DNA from: a virus
Taxonomy: Duplodnaviria; Caudoviricetes
DNA: 39,353 bases
Virus record (IMG/VR): IMGVR_UViG_3300037440_000402
Span: 1-39,353 of that record
Reading direction: 5' to 3' (one strand)
Numbering within the stretch: position 1 is the stretch's first letter; each line of letters opens with the position of its first letter. The notes beneath the pieces were generated by a model. That model was not told the origin of the DNA, ran no database searches, and saw only the letters and a list, made by a program, of their open reading frames with translations. The translations under genes and the position numbers were made by a program. Shown piece after piece: positions 24,828-33,471 of the stretch.

Positions 24828-25006
24828 GAGCCCCGATCGTCGTGCTCGAGCCGGGCGACCGGGTGCTGGTGAGTCTGCACGACTCCACGGGACCGGATGG
24901 GCTGGAGCGCATCGTCGGCCAGTTTCGTGAGCGATTCCCCGGCGTCGTCGCCGCTTTCGTTACCGGCATAGACGTGTTGGTCCAACCGAAGGAGCCGAAG
25001 AAGTGA
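24824..25006 (+). CDS. Hypothetical protein
   Basis: Coupled 60-aa ORF, VLEPGDRVLV. Confidence 0.6.
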   Translation: MRAPIVVLEPGDRVLVSLHDSTGPDGLERIVGQFRERFPGVVAAFVTGIDVLVQPKEPKK

Positions 25007-25239
25007 CCGAGCTACGCACCCAAGGCGACCCGATCGCCGTCAAGTCCAGCGCCGTCACTGACGCGCTCGAACGCCTCGGCATCCACGACTGGAACGACGA
25101 CGTGATTGACGTGCTCATCGAGCGTCGACGGATCACCGTCAAGCGCATACGTCGCGACGAGCAAGGGCATCCTGTCGCGGCCGCTGACGAAGTGGCCACC
25201 ACGACCACCGTCATCGCGATCCGCCGGGACGAGTCGTGA
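25003..25239 (+). CDS. Hypothetical protein
   Basis: Coupled 78-aa ORF with aaggag RBS. Confidence 0.6.
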   Translation: MTELRTQGDPIAVKSSAVTDALERLGIHDWNDDVIDVLIERRRITVKRIRRDEQGHPVAAADEVATTTTVIAIRRDES

Positions 25240-25388
25240 CCCGCCGCCACACCCCCGTGCCGACCCCGCACAAGGGCACCGGCACCTGGGGCGTGAAGGA
25301 CCAGCGCACCGGCCAGGTACGGCAGGCCGGCGCCACCAAACAAGAGGCCAAGCAGCTCGCCAAGGGCTGGAACAAGAACGACCGCTAA
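25236..25388 (+). CDS. DUF2188-like small protein
   Basis: Not in ORF track; HTPVPTPHKGTGTWGVKDQRTGQVRQAGATKQEAKQLAK. Confidence 0.55.
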   Translation: MTRRHTPVPTPHKGTGTWGVKDQRTGQVRQAGATKQEAKQLAKGWNKNDR

Positions 25389-25412
25389 GCAACACGAAGG
25401 GGATAAGACTCG

Positions 25413-25898
25413 ATGGCAAAGCAACTCGAAGAATGGGTGGTGGAACGCACCGATCTCGGTGAGTTCACCATCGACCCGCGCACGAGCGAGTTCAAGGATC
25501 TCCGCTCGGTTTGCGAGCCGGGCAACCCGTGGCGGTGCCTGATCGCCACCACTGGGTCGATGCGTCTCGGTCGCCGGATGAGCGTCCGGCTGGACCACGA
25601 CAACCACACCGGCGTCATCGGGATCACCGAAGGTGACTACCGATTCGAGCGCCCCATGACCCAGGACGAGATCGACTTCGCAACGAAGTTTGACCTGGGG
25701 AAAACGATGCGTAAGCCGCTCACCGTGAAGGTCAATCTGGCGGACGGATCATGGGCGGCGAAGCCGAAGCGCGGTTCGGCCAACGGTCAGCCGGCCGGTC
25801 CTCGTAGCAAGCTCCGCGGCGGTAACGCCAAGCCTCACACGAAGACCATTCGTGCGCGCCAACTGGAAGCGATCAAGAAGGCGTACGCCGACAGCTAG
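25413..25898 (+). CDS. Hypothetical protein, basic C-terminus
   Basis: 161-aa ORF, aagggg RBS, phage-like codon usage. Confidence 0.7.
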   Translation: MAKQLEEWVVERTDLGEFTIDPRTSEFKDLRSVCEPGNPWRCLIATTGSMRLGRRMSVRLDHDNHTGVIGITEGDYRFERPMTQDEIDFATKFDLGKTMRKPLTVKVNLADGSWAAKPKRGSANGQPAGPRSKLRGGNAKPHTKTIRARQLEAIKKAYADS

Positions 25899-25918
25899 CC
25901 AACTCGAAGGGGGAACCG

Positions 25919-26191
25919 ATGACCGACGTGCAGACGCCGCGTCAGCGGATGCAGGAACAGCTCGCCGCCGCCCTGGGGGTGGTCCGCGCCGACACCAGTT
26001 GGACCGCCACCAATGAGCAGCATGCCGCCCACATCGTCCGCGACGTGTTCGACCCGTATGTGGCCGACAGCCCCACTCAGCGCGAGCTGGCGGCGGTGCG
26101 CGGCGCGGCGAACCGCACCATCGACGGGTTGCAGGCCGAGAACCAGACGCTGCGGGCACGACTCGCCGCGCGAGAGGGGGTGGCGGTGTGA
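25919..26191 (+). CDS. Hypothetical coiled-coil protein
   Basis: aaggggg RBS, 90 aa. Confidence 0.6.
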   Translation: MTDVQTPRQRMQEQLAAALGVVRADTSWTATNEQHAAHIVRDVFDPYVADSPTQRELAAVRGAANRTIDGLQAENQTLRARLAAREGVAV

Positions 26192-26204
26192 CTAAGCGCA
26201 TGCC

Positions 26205-26438
26205 ATGTCAACACCGCTGGCGCTGGTCGCTGGGGCGGTTCATCTGCGCCAAGTGCTACGAGCGGATGGCCTACCCGCCGAAGTGGTCGAAAGGCAGTAC
26301 GACATGACCGCCGCCCGCATCGTCGCCTGGGCCGCCGTCGCCGCCGGGCTGCTGTTGATGATCACCGTCGGCGCCTCGCTGGCGATGCTGCTGCGCGGCA
26401 GACCGTTCGGAGACGACCCACACAAGGAGGGGCAGTGA
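26205..26438 (+). CDS. Small membrane protein
   Basis: IVAWAAVAAGLLLMITVGASLAMLL TM helix; true start may be 26303. Confidence 0.5.
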   Translation: MSTPLALVAGAVHLRQVLRADGLPAEVVERQYDMTAARIVAWAAVAAGLLLMITVGASLAMLLRGRPFGDDPHKEGQ

Positions 26439-26698
26439 CCGTTTACCGCAGCAAGCCAAGTGAGATCGAGGCTATCCAATGGACCGGCGACAACTATCTC
26501 GATGTGGTTGCCTTCGGCGGCTCGTACAGCACCCGGCACGGCGTCGCCCTACACCTGCTCGCGGGTAAGGACGGCGCTCAGGAATACGTGCCCGTGCCTG
26601 TCGGCCATTGGATCGTCCGCTCAGTTGACGACTGGACTGATCACTGGCCCGTCGACCCTGACTACTTCGCCAATAAGTACGAGCCTGTTGACCCCTAG
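26435..26698 (+). CDS. PGDYG-like hypothetical protein
   Basis: YRSKPSEIEAIQWTG...GHWIVR...PVDPDYFANKYE pattern. Confidence 0.7.
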   Translation: MTVYRSKPSEIEAIQWTGDNYLDVVAFGGSYSTRHGVALHLLAGKDGAQEYVPVPVGHWIVRSVDDWTDHWPVDPDYFANKYEPVDP

Positions 26699-26703
26699 TG
26701 CGG

Positions 26704-26877
26704 CGGGGTGGGTAGCACATGACGCACGTCGCTCTGGCGCCCGCCCCGACAAACGCCGCCATCCGGGCCCGCCGCTTTCCCTTCTGCGGCACCCCCCTGA
26801 GAGGCCCGGGTGGCGGTCCATAACTGAACAGCAAGCAGCGACCAGGCCCAAGCCTTCCCCGTGCCGGACCTGATCGC
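26704..26877 (+). ncRNA. Candidate structured RNA in a 200-bp intergenic gap
   Basis: Three successive stems (26704-26748, 26756-26816, 26838-26877), two with internal hairpins. Confidence 0.35.
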
Positions 26878-26898
26878 CACCTACACAAAGGAGTCTAG

Positions 26899-27225
26899 AT
26901 GAGCAGGTACTACGACCGCGACGGCACCGAGATCACGGCAGACGAGTGGACCGCGAAGCGGCGGCAGACCGACGAATATCGCCGTGTCGCCGTCACAACG
27001 GTGGACGACAAGATGACTGTCTCCACCGTCTGGCTCGGCCTTGATCACAACTGGGGCGGCGGCCCGCCGCTGATCTTCGAGACGTTGGTGTTCGACGGCC
27101 CGATGGACGGCGAGATGGCCCGTTACTCCACCGAGGCCGAGGCGGTGGCCGGGCACGAGGCGATGGTCAAGCGAGTCCAGTCGGCCCGTCACGCCGTGTT
27201 CGGCGCAGGTTGGGTGACGTCGTGA
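26899..27225 (+). CDS. Conserved-type phage hypothetical protein
   Basis: VSTVWLGLDH...PLIFETLVF...RYSTEAEAVAGH motif; aaggag RBS. Confidence 0.75.
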   Translation: MSRYYDRDGTEITADEWTAKRRQTDEYRRVAVTTVDDKMTVSTVWLGLDHNWGGGPPLIFETLVFDGPMDGEMARYSTEAEAVAGHEAMVKRVQSARHAVFGAGWVTS

Positions 27226-27374
27226 CCACCCTCCGCTACACCGCCGACGCCGCCGCCCATCCGGTCGGCCCGCCCGGCCCGCTCGACGGCATGACCGGGC
27301 CCGTGGTGTCCCCGCCGCTCGTCGGCGCCGACGGCGGGCTGTGGCTCGACGAGGAAGGACACGGCGATGGGTGA
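27222..27374 (+). CDS. Small hypothetical protein
   Basis: GTGA-coupled 50-aa ORF filling the gap. Confidence 0.4.
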   Translation: MTTLRYTADAAAHPVGPPGPLDGMTGPVVSPPLVGADGGLWLDEEGHGDG

Positions 27375-27711
27375 GATCCCGACGTTCGCAATGAGCGGCG
27401 ACGACTTGGACGGCATCGAGGCGCTGACTGAGGCGTGCAAGCCGTGGAACCCACTCCGCGAAGCAAGCGAGGCGCTGATCGGTGAGGTGCGCCGCCTCCG
27501 CGCCGCCGTCATGGGCGCCGCTGGGCTGCTAGACGCAGCCCGTGAGCGAGACCGGCTCCGCGCCGCCCTGCGCGACCTAGTCGATCTGAAAGACGGCCCA
27601 CGCGGTGCGGACTACGAGCGCCGTAAGCCATCCGCGTGGGAGGCCGCCCGCCGCGCCCTGGCCCCGGTGGCCGACCCCGACCCGCACACCACCAGCGATG
27701 AGGAGGCGTGA
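27367..27711 (+). CDS. Hypothetical protein with shared C-terminal module
   Basis: LIGEVRRLR coiled coil; DLVDLKDGPR...WEAAR also in 29150-29599. Confidence 0.65.
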   Translation: MGEIPTFAMSGDDLDGIEALTEACKPWNPLREASEALIGEVRRLRAAVMGAAGLLDAARERDRLRAALRDLVDLKDGPRGADYERRKPSAWEAARRALAPVADPDPHTTSDEEA

Positions 27712-27712
27712 C

Positions 27713-28054
27713 GTGACTGACGTTACCGACCGACTTCGGGCTGCAGCCAAGAAGCTACATGAGGCCGTCGCATGGGATGTGACCACCTCCGGGCGCTGGA
27801 CTCCGATCACTGATGACGACCAGGTCAATCTCGTCGCCGACAACGGCGACGCTGGCGTATTCGAGGTGGCCAGCGATCTGGCTGACGACGATGCCGCGTA
27901 CGTCAGCCTTGTTGATCCAACTACAGGCAAGGCCCTAGCTATGTGGCTCACGGACACCGCATGGGCCCTCGAAACCCAGCGCATCGACAAGCGCAGTGTT
28001 CTCGTTCGCCGCGCCTTGGACGTAGCCACCGAAATTCTCAGGGAGACCCCATGA
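27713..28054 (+). CDS. Hypothetical protein (Ead/Ea22-like motif)
   Basis: TSGRW...DAAYVSLVDPTTGKALAMWL; ggagg RBS. Confidence 0.6.
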   Translation: MTDVTDRLRAAAKKLHEAVAWDVTTSGRWTPITDDDQVNLVADNGDAGVFEVASDLADDDAAYVSLVDPTTGKALAMWLTDTAWALETQRIDKRSVLVRRALDVATEILRETP

Positions 28055-28656
28055 CCACCACGCTCATCCGCGAGGACACCGGCACTCACGCAGTCGTCCG
28101 CGTCATCGACCCCGGCGTGCATGTCAGCGCCCCCTACAGCCGCGCCGTCGGGCTGCTCGAACGGTGGGCCGCCGACGAACGGCACGCCGTCGACGAGTTC
28201 GCCGCCTGGATCGAAGGGCAGGCCGCGCAGGCCAAGGCCGAGATGCGGCTGCTGTGCGACGAGCTCGGCGCACCGTTCGCGTGGGCCGAATTCAGTGACG
28301 ATTCAGTTAACCCGGCTGAATTGCCCGAGCCGGAACTCGTGCGGTACCTCAACAGCAGATTAAAGGCGATCGGCGCACTGCCCGCCGGCCCCGCACCGCC
28401 GCCCGGTGATGGGCTGCCTGCGCTAGCTGCCGCCTACCGCGGCGAACGGGATGGCTGGACACCGCGCCCGGAGGACTTCGCTCCCCAATCCGACGAGACG
28501 ATGCCCGGCCGCTACGCCCTAATGCCCCGCCCGGTCGAGCAGGCCGGTCCGCAGGGCAGGTTCACCCGCTGGCTGGACGAGCAGCTACAGCACGGCGAGC
28601 GGTGGTGGCGCGGCAAGCAGGCCGCACGCGATCGGAGATTAGGGGTGGAGGAGTGA
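28051..28656 (+). CDS. Hypothetical protein
   Basis: ATGA-coupled 201-aa ORF. Confidence 0.6.
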   Translation: MTTTLIREDTGTHAVVRVIDPGVHVSAPYSRAVGLLERWAADERHAVDEFAAWIEGQAAQAKAEMRLLCDELGAPFAWAEFSDDSVNPAELPEPELVRYLNSRLKAIGALPAGPAPPPGDGLPALAAAYRGERDGWTPRPEDFAPQSDETMPGRYALMPRPVEQAGPQGRFTRWLDEQLQHGERWWRGKQAARDRRLGVEE

Positions 28657-29153
28657 TGCGTGAAATTGCTCTAACGAAGGGTTACGTCGCTTTTGTCGAC
28701 GATGACGATCATGAATTGCTTGGTCAATTCAGATGGCGTGCTCTTGTCCGCTCTCATACGGTTTACGTTCAACGTGAAGTGCGTCGATCAGATGGTAAAT
28801 GGACGTCTGAAATGATGCATCGCAGAATTATGGGGCTCGTGCCTGGTGATGGTATCCAAGTCGATCACATCAATCACAATGGACTGGACAACCGGCGAGC
28901 CAACCTGCGACTGGCTACGCGCTTTGACAATCAGCACAATCGCGTCTTAGCAAAGACGAACACCAGTGGCTTTCTCGGTGTCACTTGGGCTCGCAGGGAA
29001 GGCAAGTGGCAGGCGATGGTGAAAGCCAATGGCCGGAACTATTGGGGCGGTTATCACGACACGCCTGAGGAGGCTGCGCGCGTACGAGACGAGCTCGCCG
29101 CTGAGTTGCATGGAGAGTTTTTCGTTCCGGCACTGGTCGGGGGTCGGCGATGA
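28656..29153 (+). CDS. HNH homing endonuclease with AP2 domain
   Basis: VDHINHNGLDNRRANLR HNH, NTSGFLGV...GKWQA...TPEEAARVRD AP2; lower GC. Confidence 0.9.
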   Translation: MREIALTKGYVAFVDDDDHELLGQFRWRALVRSHTVYVQREVRRSDGKWTSEMMHRRIMGLVPGDGIQVDHINHNGLDNRRANLRLATRFDNQHNRVLAKTNTSGFLGVTWARREGKWQAMVKANGRNYWGGYHDTPEEAARVRDELAAELHGEFFVPALVGGRR

Positions 29154-29599
29154 ATGAGCTGCGGGAGAAGTTGGCCCGCGACCTAGCGGGCAGACTCGCT
29201 GATTGGCTGGACGAGAAGACCAGCACCGACTCCAACCGACCCGCCATCGTCGCAGCGATCCGGGACTACGCCTACAGCAGCGCTGATGCGGTGTTGCGGG
29301 TACTCGCCGAACACGGCGAGGTCAAGAATCTGCGAGAACAGATCACCCTAATGGTCTGGAGGTCCACTAACAAGCGCGCCGAGCGCGCCGAGGCCGACCT
29401 GGCCGCCGCGCAGATGCAGGTCCGCGTACGAGACGCGAGGCTCGACCAGGTACGGATCATATTGAGCGACTTGGTTGACCTGAAAGACGGTCCACGCGAC
29501 GCAGCCTATGAACGTCGCAAGCCATTCGCATGGGAGGCGGCTCGCCAGATCCTGGACGCTCCCGCCCGGCCCGCCGAGCACGACGAGACGGGGCAGTGA
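29150..29599 (+). CDS. Hypothetical protein with shared C-terminal module
   Basis: 149 aa, RAERAEA coiled coil; ends HDETGQ. Confidence 0.65.
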   Translation: MNELREKLARDLAGRLADWLDEKTSTDSNRPAIVAAIRDYAYSSADAVLRVLAEHGEVKNLREQITLMVWRSTNKRAERAEADLAAAQMQVRVRDARLDQVRIILSDLVDLKDGPRDAAYERRKPFAWEAARQILDAPARPAEHDETGQ

Positions 29600-29828
29600 T
29601 GACCCGGCGATCAGCTAGCTACGGCGAGGCTGCCGACATTCTCGCCGACCTCGCAGTCTCGCTGCGGGCGGTTCGACGTTCACGCCGCCTAGACCTGCGC
29701 GAAACCGCCGACCAGTCAGGCGTATCACTCAACACGCTGTCACGTATCGAACGTGGCCGTGAATGCGGCGTCACCAGCGCCGTTCGGGTGCTGCGGTGGC
29801 TCGACCACGACGAGACGGGGCAGTGATG
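29579..29828 (+). repeat. 23-bp direct repeats flanking the XRE gene
   Basis: cacgacgagacggggcagtgatg at 29579-29601 and 29806-29828. Confidence 0.9.
29599..29826 (+). CDS. XRE-family HTH protein
   Basis: LRAVRRSRRLDLRETADQSGVSLNTLSRIERG. Confidence 0.85.
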   Translation: MTRRSASYGEAADILADLAVSLRAVRRSRRLDLRETADQSGVSLNTLSRIERGRECGVTSAVRVLRWLDHDETGQ

Positions 29829-30032
29829 GACACCATGCCCCGCGAACATTATGCCGCCCTGGACCAGCTCGCCCCCGGCGACCGCATCTGGATTGACGGG
29901 GCGTGGCGGGAAGTCATCACGACAGCCGAGAAAGACGGTCACGTGGCCGTGTTCACCGGCACCATCAACGGTGGTAACGCGCGGGACTTCACCGCCCCGG
30001 CCGCGCTACTCGTCCGGCGGGCCGAGACGTGA
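29826..30032 (+). CDS. Small SH3-like hypothetical protein
   Basis: QLAPGDRIWIDGAWREV. Confidence 0.55.
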   Translation: MDTMPREHYAALDQLAPGDRIWIDGAWREVITTAEKDGHVAVFTGTINGGNARDFTAPAALLVRRAET

Positions 30033-30178
30033 CCACCGCCGCCAGCATCGTCCCCGGCCTGATCGGGTTCGCCGTCCTCGTCGCGCTGTGGCCGCTCGCC
30101 GTGTGGGTCCGGCGCCGCGACCAGCGCCGACGCGCCGGCAGCATCGAACGGCACAACAAGGAACGGGGGGACAAGTGA
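30029..30178 (+). CDS. Small membrane protein
   Basis: IVPGLIGFAVLVALWPLAVWV followed by RRR; GTGA-coupled. Confidence 0.55.
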   Translation: MTTAASIVPGLIGFAVLVALWPLAVWVRRRDQRRRAGSIERHNKERGDK

Positions 30179-30360
30179 GACTACGCAACTCGTGGGCCTG
30201 CCCCAACGACCCGCCCTGCCCGCACGGCTCCTTCGTCCACGACATCGACGAGCCGGACGACCCGCTGCCGACCTGCTGCGTCGAGGGCTGCGACTGCGGG
30301 CACGACCCGGCGCTGCGCCGCGAACTGCGACAAGGCATCTACGACAGGGGGGACAAGTGA
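30175..30360 (+). CDS. Small Cys/His-rich protein
   Basis: CPNDPPCPH...H...CCVEGCDC; flanked by ggggggacaagtga repeats. Confidence 0.6.
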   Translation: MRLRNSWACPNDPPCPHGSFVHDIDEPDDPLPTCCVEGCDCGHDPALRRELRQGIYDRGDK

Positions 30361-30965
30361 AGGTCTTCGGGATCGACCCGTCGCTCACCAGCACCGGGCT
30401 CGCCTACATCCACGACGACGAGATCCGGGTCGGGCTCGCCAGCAGCGCCGGCAAGCGCAACGACACGATCGTGCAACGCCACGAACGCATCGGCGCGTTG
30501 GCTCACAGCATCGCCCACTGGGAACCGTGGTTCAACTGGGGCGGCGCCCAACAGCCCCGGCACGCCGACGTGATCGTCGTGGAAGGACCCACCCCCGGCA
30601 CCCGCGGCGGCTCGGTGTGGGACCGCGCCGGACTGTGGTGGCACATCGTCGGGCAACTACCCGTGCAGCGTGTCGCCGTCATCCCCCCGTCCACCCGCGC
30701 CAAATGGGCCACCGGCAAGGGCAACGCCGACAAGGCCGCTGTTGCCGCCATAGCGGCCCGGCTGTGCCCCGACGTCGAACTGCGCAACAGCGACCAGGCC
30801 GACGCGCTCATCCTCGCCCTCATGGGCGCCCACGCCCTCGGCCAGCGTCCCGACCTCAACCGGGTGTACCGCACCGAGGCGCTGCTCAAGTGCCAGTGGC
30901 CCGCCGACATTGCCGCCCGGCTGCTCGAGCCGTACGAGCGGCCTGTGCAGGAGGTGGCGCCATGA
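30357..30965 (+). CDS. RuvC-like Holliday junction resolvase
   Basis: VFGIDPSLTSTG, IVVEG, ATGKGNADK, DQADAL. Confidence 0.88.
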   Translation: MKVFGIDPSLTSTGLAYIHDDEIRVGLASSAGKRNDTIVQRHERIGALAHSIAHWEPWFNWGGAQQPRHADVIVVEGPTPGTRGGSVWDRAGLWWHIVGQLPVQRVAVIPPSTRAKWATGKGNADKAAVAAIAARLCPDVELRNSDQADALILALMGAHALGQRPDLNRVYRTEALLKCQWPADIAARLLEPYERPVQEVAP

Positions 30966-31360
30966 CCATCGCCACCGTCGCCCACCGGCACCCGCTGCTA
31001 CAGCTCGCCGCCGACGCGCCCCGCTGGGACGGCGCCGCCTGCATCGGACACGCCTGCATCGGACACGGCCACCTGTTCTTCCTCGACGAGTTCACCGGCA
31101 TGACCGCCGTCGCCGACACCGCCGAAGCCAAACGAATCTGCACCGAAGAATGCCCACTGCTCGAACAGTGCCGCGACTGGGCCATCGCACAGCGCATCCC
31201 GTTCGGCGTGTACGGCGGGCTCACCGCCGAAGAACGCGGCACCGAACTACGCGGCTACTGCCGCACCTGCGGCGAACCCCTCCCCGCCGGCAGCAAAGCC
31301 CGCTACTGCCCCGCACACCGCCGGGCCGTCCGCGCCGAACAGAACAGGAGACGACCGTGA
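30962..31360 (+). CDS. whiB: WhiB-family transcription factor with C-terminal Zn finger
   Basis: AAC...LFF...AKRICTEECPLLEQCRDWA...GVYGGLTAEER; then CRTCG...YCPAH. Confidence 0.88.
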   Translation: MTIATVAHRHPLLQLAADAPRWDGAACIGHACIGHGHLFFLDEFTGMTAVADTAEAKRICTEECPLLEQCRDWAIAQRIPFGVYGGLTAEERGTELRGYCRTCGEPLPAGSKARYCPAHRRAVRAEQNRRRP

Positions 31361-31584
31361 GCCGACTGACCGCAGCCGACGTGAAGCTCGTCGTCAACGA
31401 CTCCGACACCACAAGCGGGCGGCAGGTCATGGCCCTCGTTCAGGGTCGCAACCGCGTCTACGTCGTCGACCACGACACCTACTGGGGCGACAAGTGGTAC
31501 TGCACCTGCCCGCCCGACTACCGGCCCAAAGACGGGGCCGACTGCGCCCACATCCGAGCCACCAAGGAGGCCATCGCCGAATGA
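31357..31584 (+). CDS. SWIM zinc-finger protein
   Basis: WYCTCP...CAHIRA. Confidence 0.75.
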   Translation: MSRLTAADVKLVVNDSDTTSGRQVMALVQGRNRVYVVDHDTYWGDKWYCTCPPDYRPKDGADCAHIRATKEAIAE

Positions 31585-32258
31585 GCCTACACACGTACAC
31601 CGACATGATCCAGGGCTCCGACGAATGGCTCGAGGCCCGCCGCGGCATGGTCACCTCGTCGAGCGTCGGCCAACTCATCACACCCAAGACGATCAAGCCT
31701 GCCGCCAACACCCACACTCGCGCCCTCACGGCGCAGCTTGTGGCCGAACGCATCACCGGTTGGGCCGAGTTTCCCTACGTCGGCCACGACATGATCCGCG
31801 GCACCCTCGACGAACCCGTGGCACTCGGCATCTACGCCGACCACTACGCACCCGTCACCCAGGTCGGCTTCATGGTCCGCGACGACTGGGGCTACCGGAT
31901 CGGCTTCTCGCCGGATGCCCTCGTGAGTGACGACGGGCTGATCGAGATCAAGTCACGCCGGCCGAAACATCACCTGGCCACGATCGTCGCAGGCGAGGTG
32001 CCGTCCGAGTTCGTCGCACAGATCCAGTGCGGGCTCCTTGTGTCCGGCCGCAAGTGGTGCGACTACGTGTCCTTCAGCGGCGGCATGCCCATGTGGCGCA
32101 AGCGCGTGGAGCCGGACCAGCAGTGGCACGACGCCATCGTCGCCGCAGTCGAGGCGTTCGAGCAGACCGCGGCCGAGATGGTCGCCAAGTACCAGGCCGC
32201 TGTTGCCGTGCTCCCCGCCACCGAACGCGGCACCTACGACATGGAAGTGATGGTCTGA
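31581..32258 (+). CDS. YqaJ/lambda-exonuclease-like recombination nuclease
   Basis: QGSDEWLEARRGMVTSS, FSPDALV, IEIKS, QIQCGL, WCDYVSF. Confidence 0.92.
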   Translation: MSLHTYTDMIQGSDEWLEARRGMVTSSSVGQLITPKTIKPAANTHTRALTAQLVAERITGWAEFPYVGHDMIRGTLDEPVALGIYADHYAPVTQVGFMVRDDWGYRIGFSPDALVSDDGLIEIKSRRPKHHLATIVAGEVPSEFVAQIQCGLLVSGRKWCDYVSFSGGMPMWRKRVEPDQQWHDAIVAAVEAFEQTAAEMVAKYQAAVAVLPATERGTYDMEVMV

Positions 32259-32259
32259 C

Positions 32260-32508
32260 ATGGCCGACCGAAAGCCCCGCGTCTACGAGCAGGGCGCATC
32301 CACCTACGTCATAGGGACTAATGACGCCCTAGCGGCGTGCGCAGCATTAGGAATCTCGCCCGAGACGCACCGCTGGAGTAGCACTCACTTCGGGCTCTAC
32401 GTGCGCCGACAAGGTCGATGGCGAGTAGCGAGCGACTTCCGGACACCCAAGGACGCCAAGCCCGGCGTCTGCTTCATCGGCCCCATTCGTGAGAAGCAGG
32501 AGGCCTGA
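32260..32508 (+). CDS. Hypothetical protein inserted in recombination module
   Basis: 82 aa; flanked by gg.ctgacatgg repeats. Confidence 0.55.
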   Translation: MADRKPRVYEQGASTYVIGTNDALAACAALGISPETHRWSSTHFGLYVRRQGRWRVASDFRTPKDAKPGVCFIGPIREKQEA

Positions 32509-32509
32509 C

Positions 32510-33097
32510 ATGGACATCAGCGACACCCTCGCCCCGAACTCCGACCAACTCGACGCGGTCGACCTGCTGTCCGGGCCGAGAACCTTCACCATCGAAAGCG
32601 TCAGCAGGGGAGACATTGAGCAGCCCGTCCAGATCCACCTCGCAGAGTTCCCCCGCGCGTGGCGACCGGGCAAGTCCATGCGCCGTGTCCTCGTCGCAGC
32701 ATGGGGACCTGAAGCATCGACCTACGTCGGTCGGCGCGTCACCCTCTACTGCGACCCCGACGTCAAGTTCGGCGGCGACCGCGTCGGAGGCACCCGCATC
32801 TCACACATGACCAACCTCAAAGGCAACAAGCCGCTGAGCGTCCCCCTGCTGATCTCCCGCGGCAAGAGCGCCATGTTCACCGTCCAGCCACTCACCGAAC
32901 CCGCCCCGCCCCCGAGCGGGCCGACCGCCGAGCAGATCGCCGCATCCACATCTGTGGATGAACTCCGGGGCATGTGGAACGCAACGTCACCGGCACTGCG
33001 CAAGCAGATCGAAGCACGCGTGGCCGAACTCACAGCGGCCAACCAGCCGAGTCTAGACGAGCCCACTGACAACCCCGGCTTCGAGGACCAGCCGTGA
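32510..33097 (+). CDS. Putative ssDNA-binding/annealing partner of exonuclease
   Basis: SDQLDAVDL...PGKSMRRVL...WG...GRRVTLY.DPDVKFGG..VGGTRISH; acidic tail; next to YqaJ. Confidence 0.6.
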   Translation: MDISDTLAPNSDQLDAVDLLSGPRTFTIESVSRGDIEQPVQIHLAEFPRAWRPGKSMRRVLVAAWGPEASTYVGRRVTLYCDPDVKFGGDRVGGTRISHMTNLKGNKPLSVPLLISRGKSAMFTVQPLTEPAPPPSGPTAEQIAASTSVDELRGMWNATSPALRKQIEARVAELTAANQPSLDEPTDNPGFEDQP

Positions 33098-33471
33098 CAG
33101 AAACACGCGCCCGCCGTCGCATTCGCCTAGCAGTCGAATCCCGCGGCTACAAGCTCACATCACTGGAATGGGAGCCCTGGTATCCAGGCGGCGAGAAGGA
33201 AGGCATCTGTGGCGGCTGGTCCGGCACGGTCGACCGCCCCTACATGGAGAACACGTGGCCAGGCGACGACATCCAGGGGCTGTCCGTCGAAGAAGTGCTC
33301 GCCTGTATCGACGAGTTCATCAAGCCACCAGAACCATGCGATTGCAGAGCCATCCACTACCCGCTGAATCCGATCCAGGGCGACCCACAGACCGGGCTGC
33401 ACGTGCCGGAGTGCCGCTGGCACATCCGGTATCGCATGCCCTGGTGGGACTCGGAAAGCAGACAGTCGTGA
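33094..33471 (+). CDS. Hypothetical protein
   Basis: GTGA-coupled 125 aa. Confidence 0.6.
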   Translation: MTETRARRRIRLAVESRGYKLTSLEWEPWYPGGEKEGICGGWSGTVDRPYMENTWPGDDIQGLSVEEVLACIDEFIKPPEPCDCRAIHYPLNPIQGDPQTGLHVPECRWHIRYRMPWWDSESRQS

